From Minutocellus sp. GHC0000111 (taxonomy: Eukaryota): DNA of 64,000 nt. Made by a program: the position numbers and the translations under genes. The stretch spans positions 806,001 to 870,000 of the forward strand of contig OZ361258.1 of NCBI GenBank assembly GCA_977018835.1, given 5' to 3'. The notes beneath the pieces are model-generated. The model was not told the DNA's origin and did no database searches. It saw only the letters and a program-made list of their open reading frames with translations. Below are positions 22,594 to 35,314 of this stretch, in pieces. Every line of letters begins with the position of its first letter. Positions within the stretch are counted from its first letter, which is position 1.

Positions 22594-23211
22594 ATGGCCA
22601 AGTCATCGTCGTCGTCCTCCTCGGCTGCAGTAGCTCGAAAGGCGACTTCCGCCGGTAGCGGTGGTAGCAAGAAGAGGCAACGAAAGGAAGTGCAAGTGGT
22701 AATGTGTCCCTCTGCCTTTCCTGACTTTCGGTCCATTGATGGATCTACACGGCGGTCTTCGAACAGCAGCAGTGCCGCCGCTGCCTCTCGCAGGGGCGCA
22801 TCATCATATGCCACCGCCAGCGGCAATGAAATTGACATGGACGAAGCCATCCGTGAGGTCCACGCCCTGGGCTCGACGGGCTTTGCCGGGAAGCAGGCAC
22901 GGAAGCACAAGGAGGCCCAATACAAGGCACTGACGGGACGGGACATGAAGCGGCAGAAGGTACCTCTGCCCATCGTCCGGGGCATCAAGAAGAAGCGCGC
23001 CGAACGTGAGGCGAGAGCCAAGGCCGAGCAGAAGGATGCGGGTGTGGTAACCAGCACAAACAGCAAGAAGAACCGCGATCGGAAAAAGGCCAAGGCATAT
23101 TCGCAGGAGAGGAGGAAGTCCGATTCCATGAGGATGGCATATGGCCCTTCGCCAGATGTTGGCTTCATGAAGGGTGGTGTTTTGCGTGTCAAGAGAGATG
23201 GTCGGAAGTAG
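22594..23211 (+). CDS. Basic nucleolar protein, FAF1/C1orf131 (DUF4602)-like 40S biogenesis factor
   Basis: REVHALGSTGF.GK, K.PLPI..GI.KKR..RE, C-terminal VGFMKGGVLRV. Confidence 0.65.
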   Translation: MAKSSSSSSSAAVARKATSAGSGGSKKRQRKEVQVVMCPSAFPDFRSIDGSTRRSSNSSSAAAASRRGASSYATASGNEIDMDEAIREVHALGSTGFAGKQARKHKEAQYKALTGRDMKRQKVPLPIVRGIKKKRAEREARAKAEQKDAGVVTSTNSKKNRDRKKAKAYSQERRKSDSMRMAYGPSPDVGFMKGGVLRVKRDGRK

Positions 23212-23604
23212 GTTTGCAATTTCGAATGAATCATCGTGCAAAGGAAAGATCTAGCTAGCAGGATGATATGAATCCCCCAAAATATCCCAGGATAGGAATG
23301 TGTGAAGGATAATGGACAATTCTATTCACATTAGGATAGGGCACTGCGCTATAAAGTTATGGCAAAATATTTCTCTTAGCAAGATTAAGATTACTGGAGA
23401 GAGCGGTACCATATTGGAATAGGACAAGCGTGCAATTCATGGTCGGTTGCCCAATGTCGGCTGTTGCACAATATTGGAAGTACAACAACGTTCCTAACGG
23501 GAGCGCTGTGGCCGACAAGCGACTTTGCCGATTTTTTCCAGCATCATGTTTCGCTTCGTTGTGCTAATAGACTAGTGCATTGTAAACCAACGGCCATCGG
23601 CATC

Positions 23605-24177
23605 CTAATCGCTTCGCTGACTCACTAGGATCAGATGATATCCAAACTTGGTCTCGATGGGACCATGGACGACATTGAGATCATCATTGAACACCACCTC
23701 ATCGAATTCTTTCACCATGGCCCCACGTCCAAACGCGCCCAGCGACCCGCCGGCACTGCTCGATGGACATTCGCTGTACAGCTGCGCAAATTCGGCAAAT
23801 TTTACCGGAGAGTCGTTGATCTCGGCCTTCATCTCCTCCAGCCGACTTTCGGCATCGGGCGCGAACGACAGGAGGATGTGCGAGGCCGTGGCCCGGTCGG
23901 TGAAGCGCTTGAGCCCGTCGAACAGGCCCATGTGGAGGGCTGATGAGCTCCTGTATGTACGTGTAGAGCTGGTACTTCTCTTGAAGGTGTTTGATGTGGT
24001 TGTTGTTGAAGTTGTGGCAGCAGCATTCGTCATCGTGCTTCGTGCCGGTGCCGCCGCTACCGGTTGTGCCGACAACGACGGGCTGACGACGAAGGCCGAG
24101 CAGAACACATGACCACCGACTGACGCCAGAAGGAGGAGGAATCCAGCGAGGTGGGAGAAGAGAGAGCGCATGGTCAT
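23605..24177 (-). CDS. Parvulin-type peptidyl-prolyl isomerase (PpiC) with bipartite plastid-targeting presequence
   Basis: ASHILL, FA..A..YS.CPS...GG.LG.F..G.MVKEFD.VVF, GPI.TKFGYHLI; signal peptide followed by SAF. Confidence 0.92.
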   Translation of the reverse strand: MTMRSLFSHLAGFLLLLASVGGHVFCSAFVVSPSLSAQPVAAAPARSTMTNAAATTSTTTTSNTFKRSTSSTRTYRSSSALHMGLFDGLKRFTDRATASHILLSFAPDAESRLEEMKAEINDSPVKFAEFAQLYSECPSSSAGGSLGAFGRGAMVKEFDEVVFNDDLNVVHGPIETKFGYHLILVSQRSD

Positions 24178-24432
24178 CGGTCAACGTAAGGTAGGTCGGT
24201 ATCGGTAAATAATAATGTCACCGCCCAGTAAAATGCGTCATTCAGAGAATATTTTGCGTCATCATTGCGTCATCACGATGCAAGCCCCGGCCCACCGCGC
24301 GCGCGCAACGCAACGTAAAAACGCCGCCTCATTTTTCATCACGCATCACGTGGGTTTGCTTGATTGCACTACCGACCCCGGGGCGTATCCAAGTCCCAGA
24401 CTGCGCTGGCATCCTAAGCAATTCCACCCGCC

Positions 24433-27400
24433 ATGGATCCATCCGGCGGCGGAAATCCCGGTGAATCCAGCAGCGGTGGCGGTGCTGGGTCGTCGTATCC
24501 TCCCGCTGGGCATGCGCATGCACCGGCCCCGCCTGCTCATCATGCTCATGCACGTGCAGCATCGGCAGCTGGCCCTGCAGCAGCAGCGGCTCCCCCGTTT
24601 GCCCAGGCGGTTGCACCACCACCCCATACATTGACAGCAGCAAATGGTGCAACTATGAGATCTGCCATTGCTGCTGGCGGTGGGGCAGTTCCACCGCCGC
24701 ATGCGGCGTATGCGCAGCCGCAGCCGCAGCAGCCACAGGTGGCGTACTACCAGACCCTCCGATGCGCGGTGGCCATCGCGGCCCAGCTGGCCGAGACGCA
24801 TCGGCTGCTGGGCGGGTGTCTCCGCGGGGATTTGGATCTGCCGGCGGCAACGGCGGTGGCTGCCCCCGCCAAGGGGATAGGCGCGGCGAAAACAAATGGC
24901 GGCAGCAGCAGGAACGGCGATGCCTCCACCATCATCCCGTCGGTCAAGACCGCCCTCCTGCGGGAGGAAAATCTTCGCAAGCGCTTCGCACCGTACTACG
25001 TCCCGCCCACCACGGCGCTTCCTCTGGACGAGTCCGTCATGGCGGCCGCCGCCGGGGCATCGGGCGCGGCCGCCTTCGCCGACCGGGAGGCGCTGGCGGC
25101 GGCAGCGGCGGCGACGCTATCGGCCCTCCCCCCGCCCTGCCGCAGCCACAACGGTGCCGCCAGGATTGCCACGGCGGCCAGGCTGTTCGAGGTGGAATGC
25201 GTCCGGCAGCACACCAAGCAGATGCAAAAGAGGCAGAAGAGGTTGCGGGAGGAGAGACAGGCGCAGGCCCAGGCCGATGCCGACGCGGCGGCTCTGTGGG
25301 CGGCCCACCAGGGTGACAGATTGTCGTCGCAGGGCATCGGCCTCCTCGAGCGGTTCCTGGACAGCCTAATCCAGGCCGTCCAGGCCGAGTGCCAAACGCT
25401 GCTGTACGATGCCAACTTCGTGGAGAAGATATTGGACGCGCTGACGAAGCCGCAGCATGCCAACTCGTTCGATCCCACCTCCATGGAGAGGATGGGGCAG
25501 AGACTTTCCAGCATCAAGGTGGCGGCCAACATGGCCCTCCGGAGGGGAGGGGAGGAGGGGTGCGAGCTAGAGAGGGTGGCCAAGATGGATATGCGGCTGG
25601 CCGGAAGTGGGCAGACGGTCGTTCCCGCCTTGTGGAGGGGACGGGAGGCGCCCATTGGACTTGCTTCTAGTAATGGTGGCCTTTCTTCGCACGGACAAAG
25701 GGGACGGTCGATCGGACCGGCGGGACAGCCGGTCCTTTGGAATCCCTCCACTCCTGCCACTACCAAGGGCGGTTCCAAGGGCAAACGGAAGCGTTCGGCG
25801 TCCAAGAAGATGATCGAGGCCGAGAATGATGCGGCATACGAGCAAAGGATGGATATGGAACGGAAGATGGAACGGCAGCGACAGAGGTCCAAGGTTGGGG
25901 GAAGTGGAGGCAGCAGTGGGGGCAAAAAGAAAAAGAATGGGAAGAAGCCATCGCCGAGGAGCTCGCCCAAGTTTCCCCATCCGTCGACAGCCAACAAGAC
26001 TCTGCCGGGATACAGCGGTGGATCCTCTCCCGAGGCTGCTGCTTCTGGTACTGGTACTGCCAACGGGAGTGGGAGTAAGCGTCAGCAGGCGGCCTCATCG
26101 TCGTCGAGCCGACTTGGCTTTGGAAGGGATGTACCGCCTCGGCCCAACGTCACCATTGTTGATTCTAATCCCAGTCGTATTACCAACCCATTGCTTTCGG
26201 TACCGCTGTATCCACGCGGCGTTACCGGTCCCAATGGCACTTCAACAGCTCCCGGTAGGTCCAGTATTGTCGCCGCCGCCCGAGTTGCTGGTATGATGGG
26301 TGGTGACGCCTCATCATCGACAGGTACCGCTGCCGGAAAGGGAGGTAACATAATCGGAGGTCCGATGGCCAGCGGTGCTGCTGCAGCAATGGGAGTTGAA
26401 GGAGTATCGGTCGGAGCCGCGGGTCTGCCGTTCCGTCCCGACCTCATCCCCCACGGAGGAGAAATGTGGGGCGTTATGGAGCTGTACGATCCCAAGATTG
26501 TGGATACATTTCCTCTGAGCTACCTGGCACGCTTACTGGGCTTTGACGTTCCTCATTCGGTGCCAGAAACGGACGTCGCGGCGACTGCCGAGAATGACGT
26601 TGCGGCGCTCTTTGCTGGTTCGGAAATGGAGACCGTTGTGGAGGCAGTAATGACGGTTGCCAAAAGGAAGGAGGGCAAAAGTACCGAGAGGAGTGAAATG
26701 AAGCCGTTCCAAAAGTTCGATCCTTCGACGGTGAAGCTCATGAAGAGTAAGGACGATATTTGGATGTCAGTGCCTGAATTGGGACAGTTTGCCTCCATGA
26801 TCCGTAGTAACAAACGACGAAGGATTGATGGTCCCAATGACACTTCAACGAAGAATGATGTAGATGATGATTTCTTTGATTTGGATGTTATCGACCCCAT
26901 GTGGAGAGCAATTTTGTCGGACAGGACCCTCGTCAATGGCGGCAGTGAAGTGAAGATTTGTCAAGCTGAATATGTGAGCCCTCCGATGACAACAACGAAG
27001 GCTGCGGACAATGCTGGCGCTGACACTGAAACGAAGGCTACAGAATCTTCTTCTGCCCCAGTCCCGGCTGCTCTTTTGGATACAGTGGCTCCTACCGGCA
27101 CTGAGCCACCAACCAGTGAATCCTCAGCGCTGGTGCCTTCAGACGCCAAGGCTGCTACTGAGCATACCGGCGATGGTGACACTTCTGCCAACTTTTCCAA
27201 AAAGGATGGCCGGGTGCCGCTGACTACCAACACTCCCCGAGAGGTAGAGGCCGTCGATCCCAAGACGAATGTTCGCATCCACCTCTTCGACTCGTGCAGC
27301 GACGCCGCCAGAATCACGGGGATCAACCGTAGCAAGATGTCGCGTGCGTGCCTCGAGGGTGGAGGAATTCTGGAATCTAACTCGCACGGCGCCCTCCTCT

Positions 27401-30400
27401 ATCAATACACGGAGACCGCCAATGTTCCGTCCGGTGCCGGCGACGCTTCCGACTTTGAGAGCAAGGGAGCGTCGCCGAAGGGAGAGGTATTAAATCCAGC
27501 ACTTTCGAAGCCATTGGCAGTCTCTGACGCTTGTAGCACCACCGAGGCCTCTAGCTCAAAAGCAGCCGGCGGCCCCCTGACCAAAGCTAGCTCTCCTGCT
27601 GACAAGTCGGCAGTTTCTTCTTCAACGTTTTCGCTGCGTGTTGTGCCCATCACTTTCGGTGTTCAGCCGAATGTGAAGCTCGCGAGTGGGTCGTACTATC
27701 AATTTATTTCAGACCAATGTTTGAATTGCGCAAAAGAGCTTGTTGTCGGTCCTTCTGCTGAAAAGAAATCGTGCGCGTCCGATGCTTTATCTCCAGATGA
27801 AAGGGTCATACAACTGCTACGTGAGGGTCGCATTACCTTTCGCATAGCCACCGTTGGAGATGAAGAGATGCTCTATCGGCTTAATGTGGTGAGTTGTCTT
27901 TCCTTGGACTGTCTCTGAAAAGTAGAGAATATTACGTGGTATCTTCTAAACTCTCCCGTCTCCTTTGCTCTCGTTTCATCAAAATTTCAGAACAAGACAA
28001 GGTTCCATTCCGTGGCTGACTATGCCTATGCACTTAGATCTGGCCATTTTTTCATCATTGCCCTGGAAAAGATATCTCATATTCCATCGCCGGGGGGGGA
28101 CAATGGTTCCGAGGACGCAACACCGTCGCCGGTCTTTGCTCCTTTGGGCTATGTCCACTACACATTTTGCTGGTACAAGATCGGTGCCATTCCCAAGGAA
28201 GATGCTGGACCTAATGCTTCGGACCAAACGAGTGCGCTTTATGGTGTGCCGTCAACTACCTCCTCCATCAAACCATCGACAGTATCAGAACTTGTATTTG
28301 GTCTCGATGAAATTCAGTGTGCGCCGGAAGGCATTGCCATCCGGGAAGGCCAGTCGATTCCCCAAGTTAACAGGAACTCCGCGGGTTCCACAGCTGTCGG
28401 ATGTGACTTCTTGCCCATAATTCTTACTGCTCTTGCTCTAGAACATGTCAGGGGGAATGATATCTGGTATGGTATTTCCAATGTGACGACATCTTTCGAG
28501 GCTCAGCTCTTGAAGAAGTACTTTCGAATGACCCCGCTTCTCTCTTCAGAGTTCGAACGAAATCTATCTGCGGATGATGGATACCCGCTTGCCTGTGATA
28601 TGAAAAAGTCGAGCTCTCGGTTTGCCTTCCTCCGATATTTGGACGAACAAAGGCAAAGAGCGGGAAATTCCGCTTCGACGACTAAGAAGAAGTCTCACTC
28701 TGATCCTGCTGTCCGAGAACGCATGCTCGTACGCCTTCCTGATGCAAAGACGCTTCAAGCAAGTCTCAAAATGCCTTCCACGAATAGTGTCGATACCACT
28801 GCAAATGCTTCAGCGACTGCGCCTCCTCTTCCAGCCCCTCAGCCGGTGTCCGTCGGTACTGCCACAACCATTCAGATTAGTTTGGCAGATAGCAGTGTCG
28901 CCCCATCAGCTGACGTGCCAAATGAAGTTGGGGAAATCGAGAAGAACAATCAGGGAGGAGCTGCAATTGATACTACCATAGCCTCCCTACCGGCTTCTGC
29001 CCCTGTTGCCTCATCAGCCCATGAGGCGGAAGCAGCACCATCTTCCGGGCCCAAGCTGTCGTTTACAAGCGCAAGCACTGATATTCGGATAAAAAGAGTC
29101 GGCGTCAGAATATCGCTTTCGACTGTCAACGAGGTCAAAGCTAGTCAACTAAGAGTGCAGCTTTTATCAGATGGCGATCAAACCTCCCCAGTGAAGGATG
29201 GCCAATTCGTCAACAATCCCACATGGAAAGTTCTCAAGACGTTTGAGCTCCCTGGCACATCTTCAAAGTCAGCGAACACCACTTCAACATCGCCATCTGC
29301 GAACGAGACACCCGACGAGTCGATGAACAAAGAAGACGGAACAATCCTTGCGGATCTGCTGCGCAAGCAGGACGAGTTGGGAAAGCTCGAAGATTCCTTC
29401 GAACCGAAGCTGCGGTCTCTCCTCAATCAGGCATATGAGGAACGAGTTGCGTACGAAGCCAGAGAACGTGTCGAAGAGCGGGCCCAGGCGAAGGATTCCA
29501 TCAGGAAATATGAGGCTGAAATTTCACGGAAACGAGAGGCAGATGCAGCATGGCAAGCTCAGTTGGAGCAAGATATGGACGCCGTTTGTGACATTTGTCT
29601 GGATGGAGATGTGACTGTCGATAATCAGATCCTCTTCTGCGAATCGTGCAACGTCGCCATTCACCAAGCCTGCTATGGCATTCCTCGGGTTCCGGCGGGC
29701 GACTATTTCTGTAAGGCATGTCTTCATTTCGGTCGGGATAAAGAGGCTAGAGCACAGGCTTCTAGGACAGCAGTGGCTGCAACAGCAGCGCATCTAAGGC
29801 ACAAGCCATTGAAGATATGCTGCGAGCTCTGTCCAAGGAGGCAGGGTGCCTTCGTGAGAGCAACTTTGGATGGCGAAAAAGAGAGTGACAACCCGAACAA
29901 GGCCAAGTGGGTCCACGTCACCTGTTCCAAGTGGCTCGGCCTTTCCTACCGTGACGAAGTCAAGCAAGATGTGATTGTCGATGCCATTGACGTGCGAGAT
30001 ATGTTCCGCAATCATGATGAATATTACCAATGCTGCCTTTGCGAGAGCGGCCGTGGGGCTTTCAACAAGTGCGAAGAAGTAGACTGCAACAACTGGGTGC
30101 ATATACAATGCGCAAGACTGAGTGGTACCTGCCGCGTCATTCATGGAGAAAACTGCTATGGAGCAATTGAAATCGAGAACCCAAAATTGCTGTGGAAGGT
30201 ATTTTGTCCCCTGCACTCAGACATTGCCGTCGATGACATCCCCAAGGGCAGTTTGAGCAAAGAACAGCTCAAGGCCGCTGCAAATACATTCCCTCCTGAG
30301 CCAAGGCGGCCGCCACCTCCGGACGCTTTTGATCGATTGTCTGGAAAAGATCGAACCAAGTTCTGGGCAGACCCAACAAGACAAAAGCAAATGATCGAGC

Positions 30401-32559
30401 GTCTCACAGGAATGGTCGAGGGTGCTCGGTGTGCTGTCTGCAATATCATCGATCCCACGGACCAGTTCGATGCTTCGGGAAGGTCACGGAATAGACTGGC
30501 AAAGTGCACCTGCTGTGGCGTCGTTGTGCACAGAGCTTGCTACATGGGCCCGCCTCCTCGTAGCGAGAAGGAATTTGTGTGCCAGGCTTGTCAATATGTC
30601 GCAGAAGAGAAAGACAAGGAGAAATACGAACCTCCGCAATGCCATATGTGCAATATGAAAGGCGGCGTCCTTCGGAAGGCGTATGCCATCCCCGGATCAA
30701 AGAAGAGATTTAAGGGAGACCAAAAGCGGTTTGAGCAGACGCTGTTTGGGAAACAGATCTGGTGCCATACTATTTGTGCAATGTAAGTTTTGTGATATGG
30801 CCATGTGCCCCGTGTGTAGTAGATCTAAATCCGTTCTTCCCTCCTATTCCAAGCCATTTTCTCACGTATTCTGCCACCTTTTTCTACGCTCACTCTCTCC
30901 CTCTGTCTCTCTCTCTTTCTCTTTCATCGTAGGTGGTCGCACCATGTCGAGTACACTCTGACCGATGATATCAATTGCTCGCAACTCATCATGGCGAATG
31001 GTACCTCACACATTGGGAGCAAATATCACTGTGACTTGTGCGGCCAGAAGGATGGGGTAAAGTTCTCCTGCACAATGAAAGAATGTCACAAGTCCGGCGG
31101 TGCGATGGTGCCCTATCGTTTCCATTTGTCCTGCGGAAGGCAAGCCGGTCTTGATATACACGATGCAGACAACGACACTCAAGGCTTCTACATCAAATGC
31201 TTTCACCACGTGCGATGCTCTGAAGTTGTTCGAGCGAGAATGGAGGACATGCTCGAGGTCGAGAAGAGGCGCTGTGGAAAGATGCTCGAGAAGGTGGCGA
31301 TGCCCATGCCCTTCCGCGATGCAGCGCAGTTGATGCACTGGTCAGTTACAATCCTCGCAAATTTGGGCTGGGCGTGGCGTTGGGCCGATTGGTGGGTTGA
31401 GCGAGGCGACAACTGGGAGCCTCTCCTTGAGCCTGGAGAGAAGGAGGAAAAGATGACAAAGGAACAGCTCAAGATCGTTGATAGCACCCCCCAAAGTCGT
31501 TGCACCGATGCAAGGAAATGCCGACTTGCTGCATTTGGCGCCGCTTTGAGAAATCGAGACTACGATAAGGAAGAAGGCGACGACACCATTGCCCTCGATA
31601 AAGCACTACGGGCCATCCTCGATACGCCAAGTTTAGTTGGCCCACTCCTACCCCACGAGAAAGATTTTTACGCCGAGTGGCTCGGCAGAGCGTACCGATC
31701 CAAGTCGCCTCTTTTGGGTTTTGGAGACGACAAGATCCCCGTCGATGAAGAATTCTGCACCCACATCGAAGACAAATCTCCCAAGTATATGCTCGGCAGT
31801 CGACCACTCCCAGGCAAGCCGCTTCCTGCTGGTGGTGAGGGCTTTACCGAGGTCGATGATTTCCTCCGAATCCGACCAGAACCCATCGAACAATCGCCGC
31901 CGCCCAAGCGTGGCAGCACAAGCAAAAAGAGGTCGATGGCTGAGGATGATGGAGTGAACGTCCACCCTCGCCGTTGGTCCAGCCGAGCGAAAGCCCCCGT
32001 GAAGCACGAACAAGAGCCTGATATCCCCTTAGATCCCTCACCGAAGAAGGCGAAACGTGGCCCCGATGCAGATGGCAAGTATCGCCGTCCTCATGGTCGA
32101 GCCCCAGCGGGAAAGATCTGGGACTATGATACAGGTGAATGGGTTGCGGAACCCGAAACAGAGACAACAGACGAGCCAGAGGTGAAGCTCGAACCGGAAT
32201 CAGAGGTGAAGCTTGAACCGGAGCAATCCGAAGAAGAGGCATCGTCTATCTTGGCAGAAGGGGGTTGGACTTGCCTCAAGTGTGGCTTGGCCAATTCCCG
32301 AGGGAAGGGGCGGTGCAAATGCAAGGCTTGGCCACCGAAGAAAGTTAAATCTCCGAGTGCCACTGTGAAAAGAGCTACCATCAATGATAGGGCAGAAGGA
32401 AATAGCAATACTGGTGAGAAACTAGGCACAGGAGGCCAATTAAAATCCAAGAAAGGCAAGGCACTCTGTCGGGTTGACGGCTGCGTTAAATTCAAGCAAG
32501 CCAACTGCGATGACATGTGCAGGGCACACTGGAAGGAGAGCTTGGAGACGAAGGAGTGA
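24433..32559 (+). CDS. ~2620-aa chromatin protein with two PZP (PHD + extended PHD) modules; exons 24433-27888, 27991-30782, 30933-32559
   Basis: GTGAGT..CAG and GTAAGT..TAG introns keep the frame. CDIC...NQILFCESCNVAIHQACYG..VP.GDYFC..C is a BRPF/Jade/AF10-type PHD, followed by an ePHD; the pair occurs twice. Confidence 0.85.
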
Positions 32560-32640
32560 ATCCTCTATCTACCCTCGCTAGTCCTTCCTCGTCTGACGAT
32601 GCTATTACTCTATTTTAACATAGAATTTTTAACTCTAGAG

Positions 32641-35085
32641 TCAAGGCGAAAATAAATTGCTTTCTCGTAGCATTTGCTCAAGTTTGGGTCCGGCAATGGC
32701 ATTTTTATCCTTCTTCGCCGCCAGCCTGCGGTGACGACGCTTCATTGATAACGGGTCCTTCGTCACAGTCTCCTTCATACCTTCTTCCCTTGCCCGCTCG
32801 ACGCTCCGCGCAAGGGAAGCAATAGTGGCAATTATCTCGGTTGATGATTTCTTGGGCGAAGTCATTGGAATCGCAAAATAGGAATTCAAATCGTCGAACA
32901 TTCGCCTAAGCTCTTCATCCTTGTCCTTCAAATTGTCAAGAATCCTTGACGAACGAACGACGAACATGCCAGGCTTGGTAACCCGTAGAAGAAGTACTTC
33001 CTCGTCAAATTTGCTCTTGCCTATGGCTTCGCTTAGAGCAATCTGTTTCAGGCTTTCGATTTGTTTTTCGGTGGTACGAATCTTTTCTTGCCACTGATCA
33101 TACTGTATTCGTTCGGCTAAAACAACACAATCCAGCTCTGAATGGATTTCGTGTAGCATATTGGGATGATTTCGTTGTATGACCGCAACTACGTACTGCA
33201 AGAACGAAGTTTTTGTATCAATGGACTTGACCTGCTCCAGCTGGGACAGTGCAGAGAGGGGTATCCCCGCAACAGCCTTGTCTTCTCTACCTTTGCCGGC
33301 AGTGTTCAGACGATTACCCAGTGACAGGATGATAGCAAGCAGCTTGCGGAGACGTACTGATGATAGGATGGTGAGGCAAGCCCTCTCCAATAAGTTCGCT
33401 ACTATATAACAACACACATTGCAACATGAAAGAAGTTTCGAATTTGTCATGTGAGATAAAATGACTTGTAAATTGAATTTGCACAGCTTTGCATGCACCA
33501 CGCCACTCACCCAAGTGAAGTTCTTCGAGCAGCGCTGGACAATCCGCCATAAATTGCATCGACCTTAGCTTTTCTTCCGCATCTTTGACAGAAGAGATGG
33601 CAATCATCCACTTTCTTTGAAAGAAAGGTAGTATTTTCATCAGAAGAAACAATGTAGTGAATTGACCTGGTCAGCAATAATTTGTTTATTTTTGTGGCAG
33701 GACAACGAGCAGTGTTGCTATCATAATAAGTTAGTTGAACTCACATTTCATCGACGTCCTTTGCCAGAGCGACAGGATCTCGCCGAAGCGCGGAAAGTAC
33801 GATGCTCCCATTCTTTTCCCTATCTGGGTCAATGAGAGACCTAGTAGATCTAAATCTAATGTTGCCAGTGATTTGTTTGGTATCGGGTGTTCGATTGTTC
33901 TCTATCTTCTCTCTAAATTAATTCTCGAACTCTGCTGGATCGATGCAGAGGTTATCGAATTCAGCTGCTTCTCCATCCAAAAGGGACCAAACAGAGTTCT
34001 TGCTGAAACTGGGCAAAATATCCCAGTGCAGTCGGGTCCGTCGGCGGCTGTCGATGTCCGGATGATGCTTAGGTCCCATGCCTTTGGAAGATATCGGAGA
34101 TTTATCGATTTGTAAGAAACTCCCATTCGACACCATCCCGCTCGCACGCATGCATTACTGCAGGAAGCAGTAATCCAACTTTCAGCATGCGGAGATATTT
34201 TTCATGGCGAGGGTCATTTTCCGTTGTTGCTTTCTCCCTGTTGGTACCGTCGAAACTGGATTTCTTTGTAATGTGTGGACCGGGACCACCATTGACTCTG
34301 GAATCACACTCCATGCTGGCATCGGTCTCAAATGATTCTGGAGAGGTCACGTCGGTTGCGCTTGAAGGTAAGGCTTCAAAAGATGAGGCATCCTTCGAAG
34401 CTATGTGGGGACCATCTTCCTCATTCTGGCTAATATCTCTCACCCTTGCACTTCTAATAAGCTTCTTTCGTACGAGAAGAAACTCGTGGGTGACCAGTTT
34501 GGGTGTATTGTTGCAGCTCGTGGGCTTCTTTACTACGTCGGTCTTCGCACCCGCCTCATTCTTATGTGCACGATGGAGATGCAACGAGATGATGCTCTCT
34601 TTGAGGACTTTGGGACTATAAGTGCTACCATTGCTCTCGCAGACTTCTCTGGTATTCGGTTTGATGCGTGACTCTAGGCTGAATGTAGATGGCGGTCCGA
34701 GGAGTGAGCCATCATCAGAGATAGTACTTGCAGTTTCAACTTCCGGATCAAAGTCGTCCTCATCGAATTCCATAGAGCAAGAAGATAACGAAAAGTCTGA
34801 AACCGCAGCACTTTCCCTTACACTCTCCCTATTATTGCCGGGACATCGACTTGTACTAGCCCTCTCATAATAATCTCGATGTGGGGCAAACGAGGAAGAT
34901 CTGACCTTATTCTTGAGAGCCATCCTCGACCTACTGCCTCTATTTTTATCCAATTCTTGTTGAGCATTGACATCGGCCGAGCTTCGAAACGAAACGACGG
35001 ACATTATTTGGCGGACACCAAAGGGGTCAAAGTCCGAAAGTGGTGATTCGGGCTCATCGTCGTGGTTTATACCCAGCGATGTCAT
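32641..35085 (-). pseudogene. Formin (FH2)-like gene with a frameshift and an internal stop
   Basis: DPRHEKYLRMLKVGL motif; RTRLHW...NSVW...EFEN*F; LIDP.R..N..I.L; ILSLGNRLN.AG...GI.L.AL.QL.QVKS.D.KTSFLQY. Frameshift near 34102-34116, TAA at 33918-33920; introns near 33744-33667 and 33510-33402. Confidence 0.7.
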
Positions 35086-35314
35086 TGTTTTACCTGTAAT
35101 ATGGGGAGCCTATTATTCTAGTTTGGAATGAATAACTAAGTGTTTGGAAGCATTGCAGAGAGGCAGCTCCACGGATCGTGTCGATTCCGATTCTATCCTT
35201 CCAAAACACATACAATTGTTTCTGATAAAGAAAGAGGTGCAATAGTATTGCAAGAAAAATGATGACTAACACTTATTATCCGAGGTCGCTCTACATATCC
35301 TCTCTTTCCTAAAC

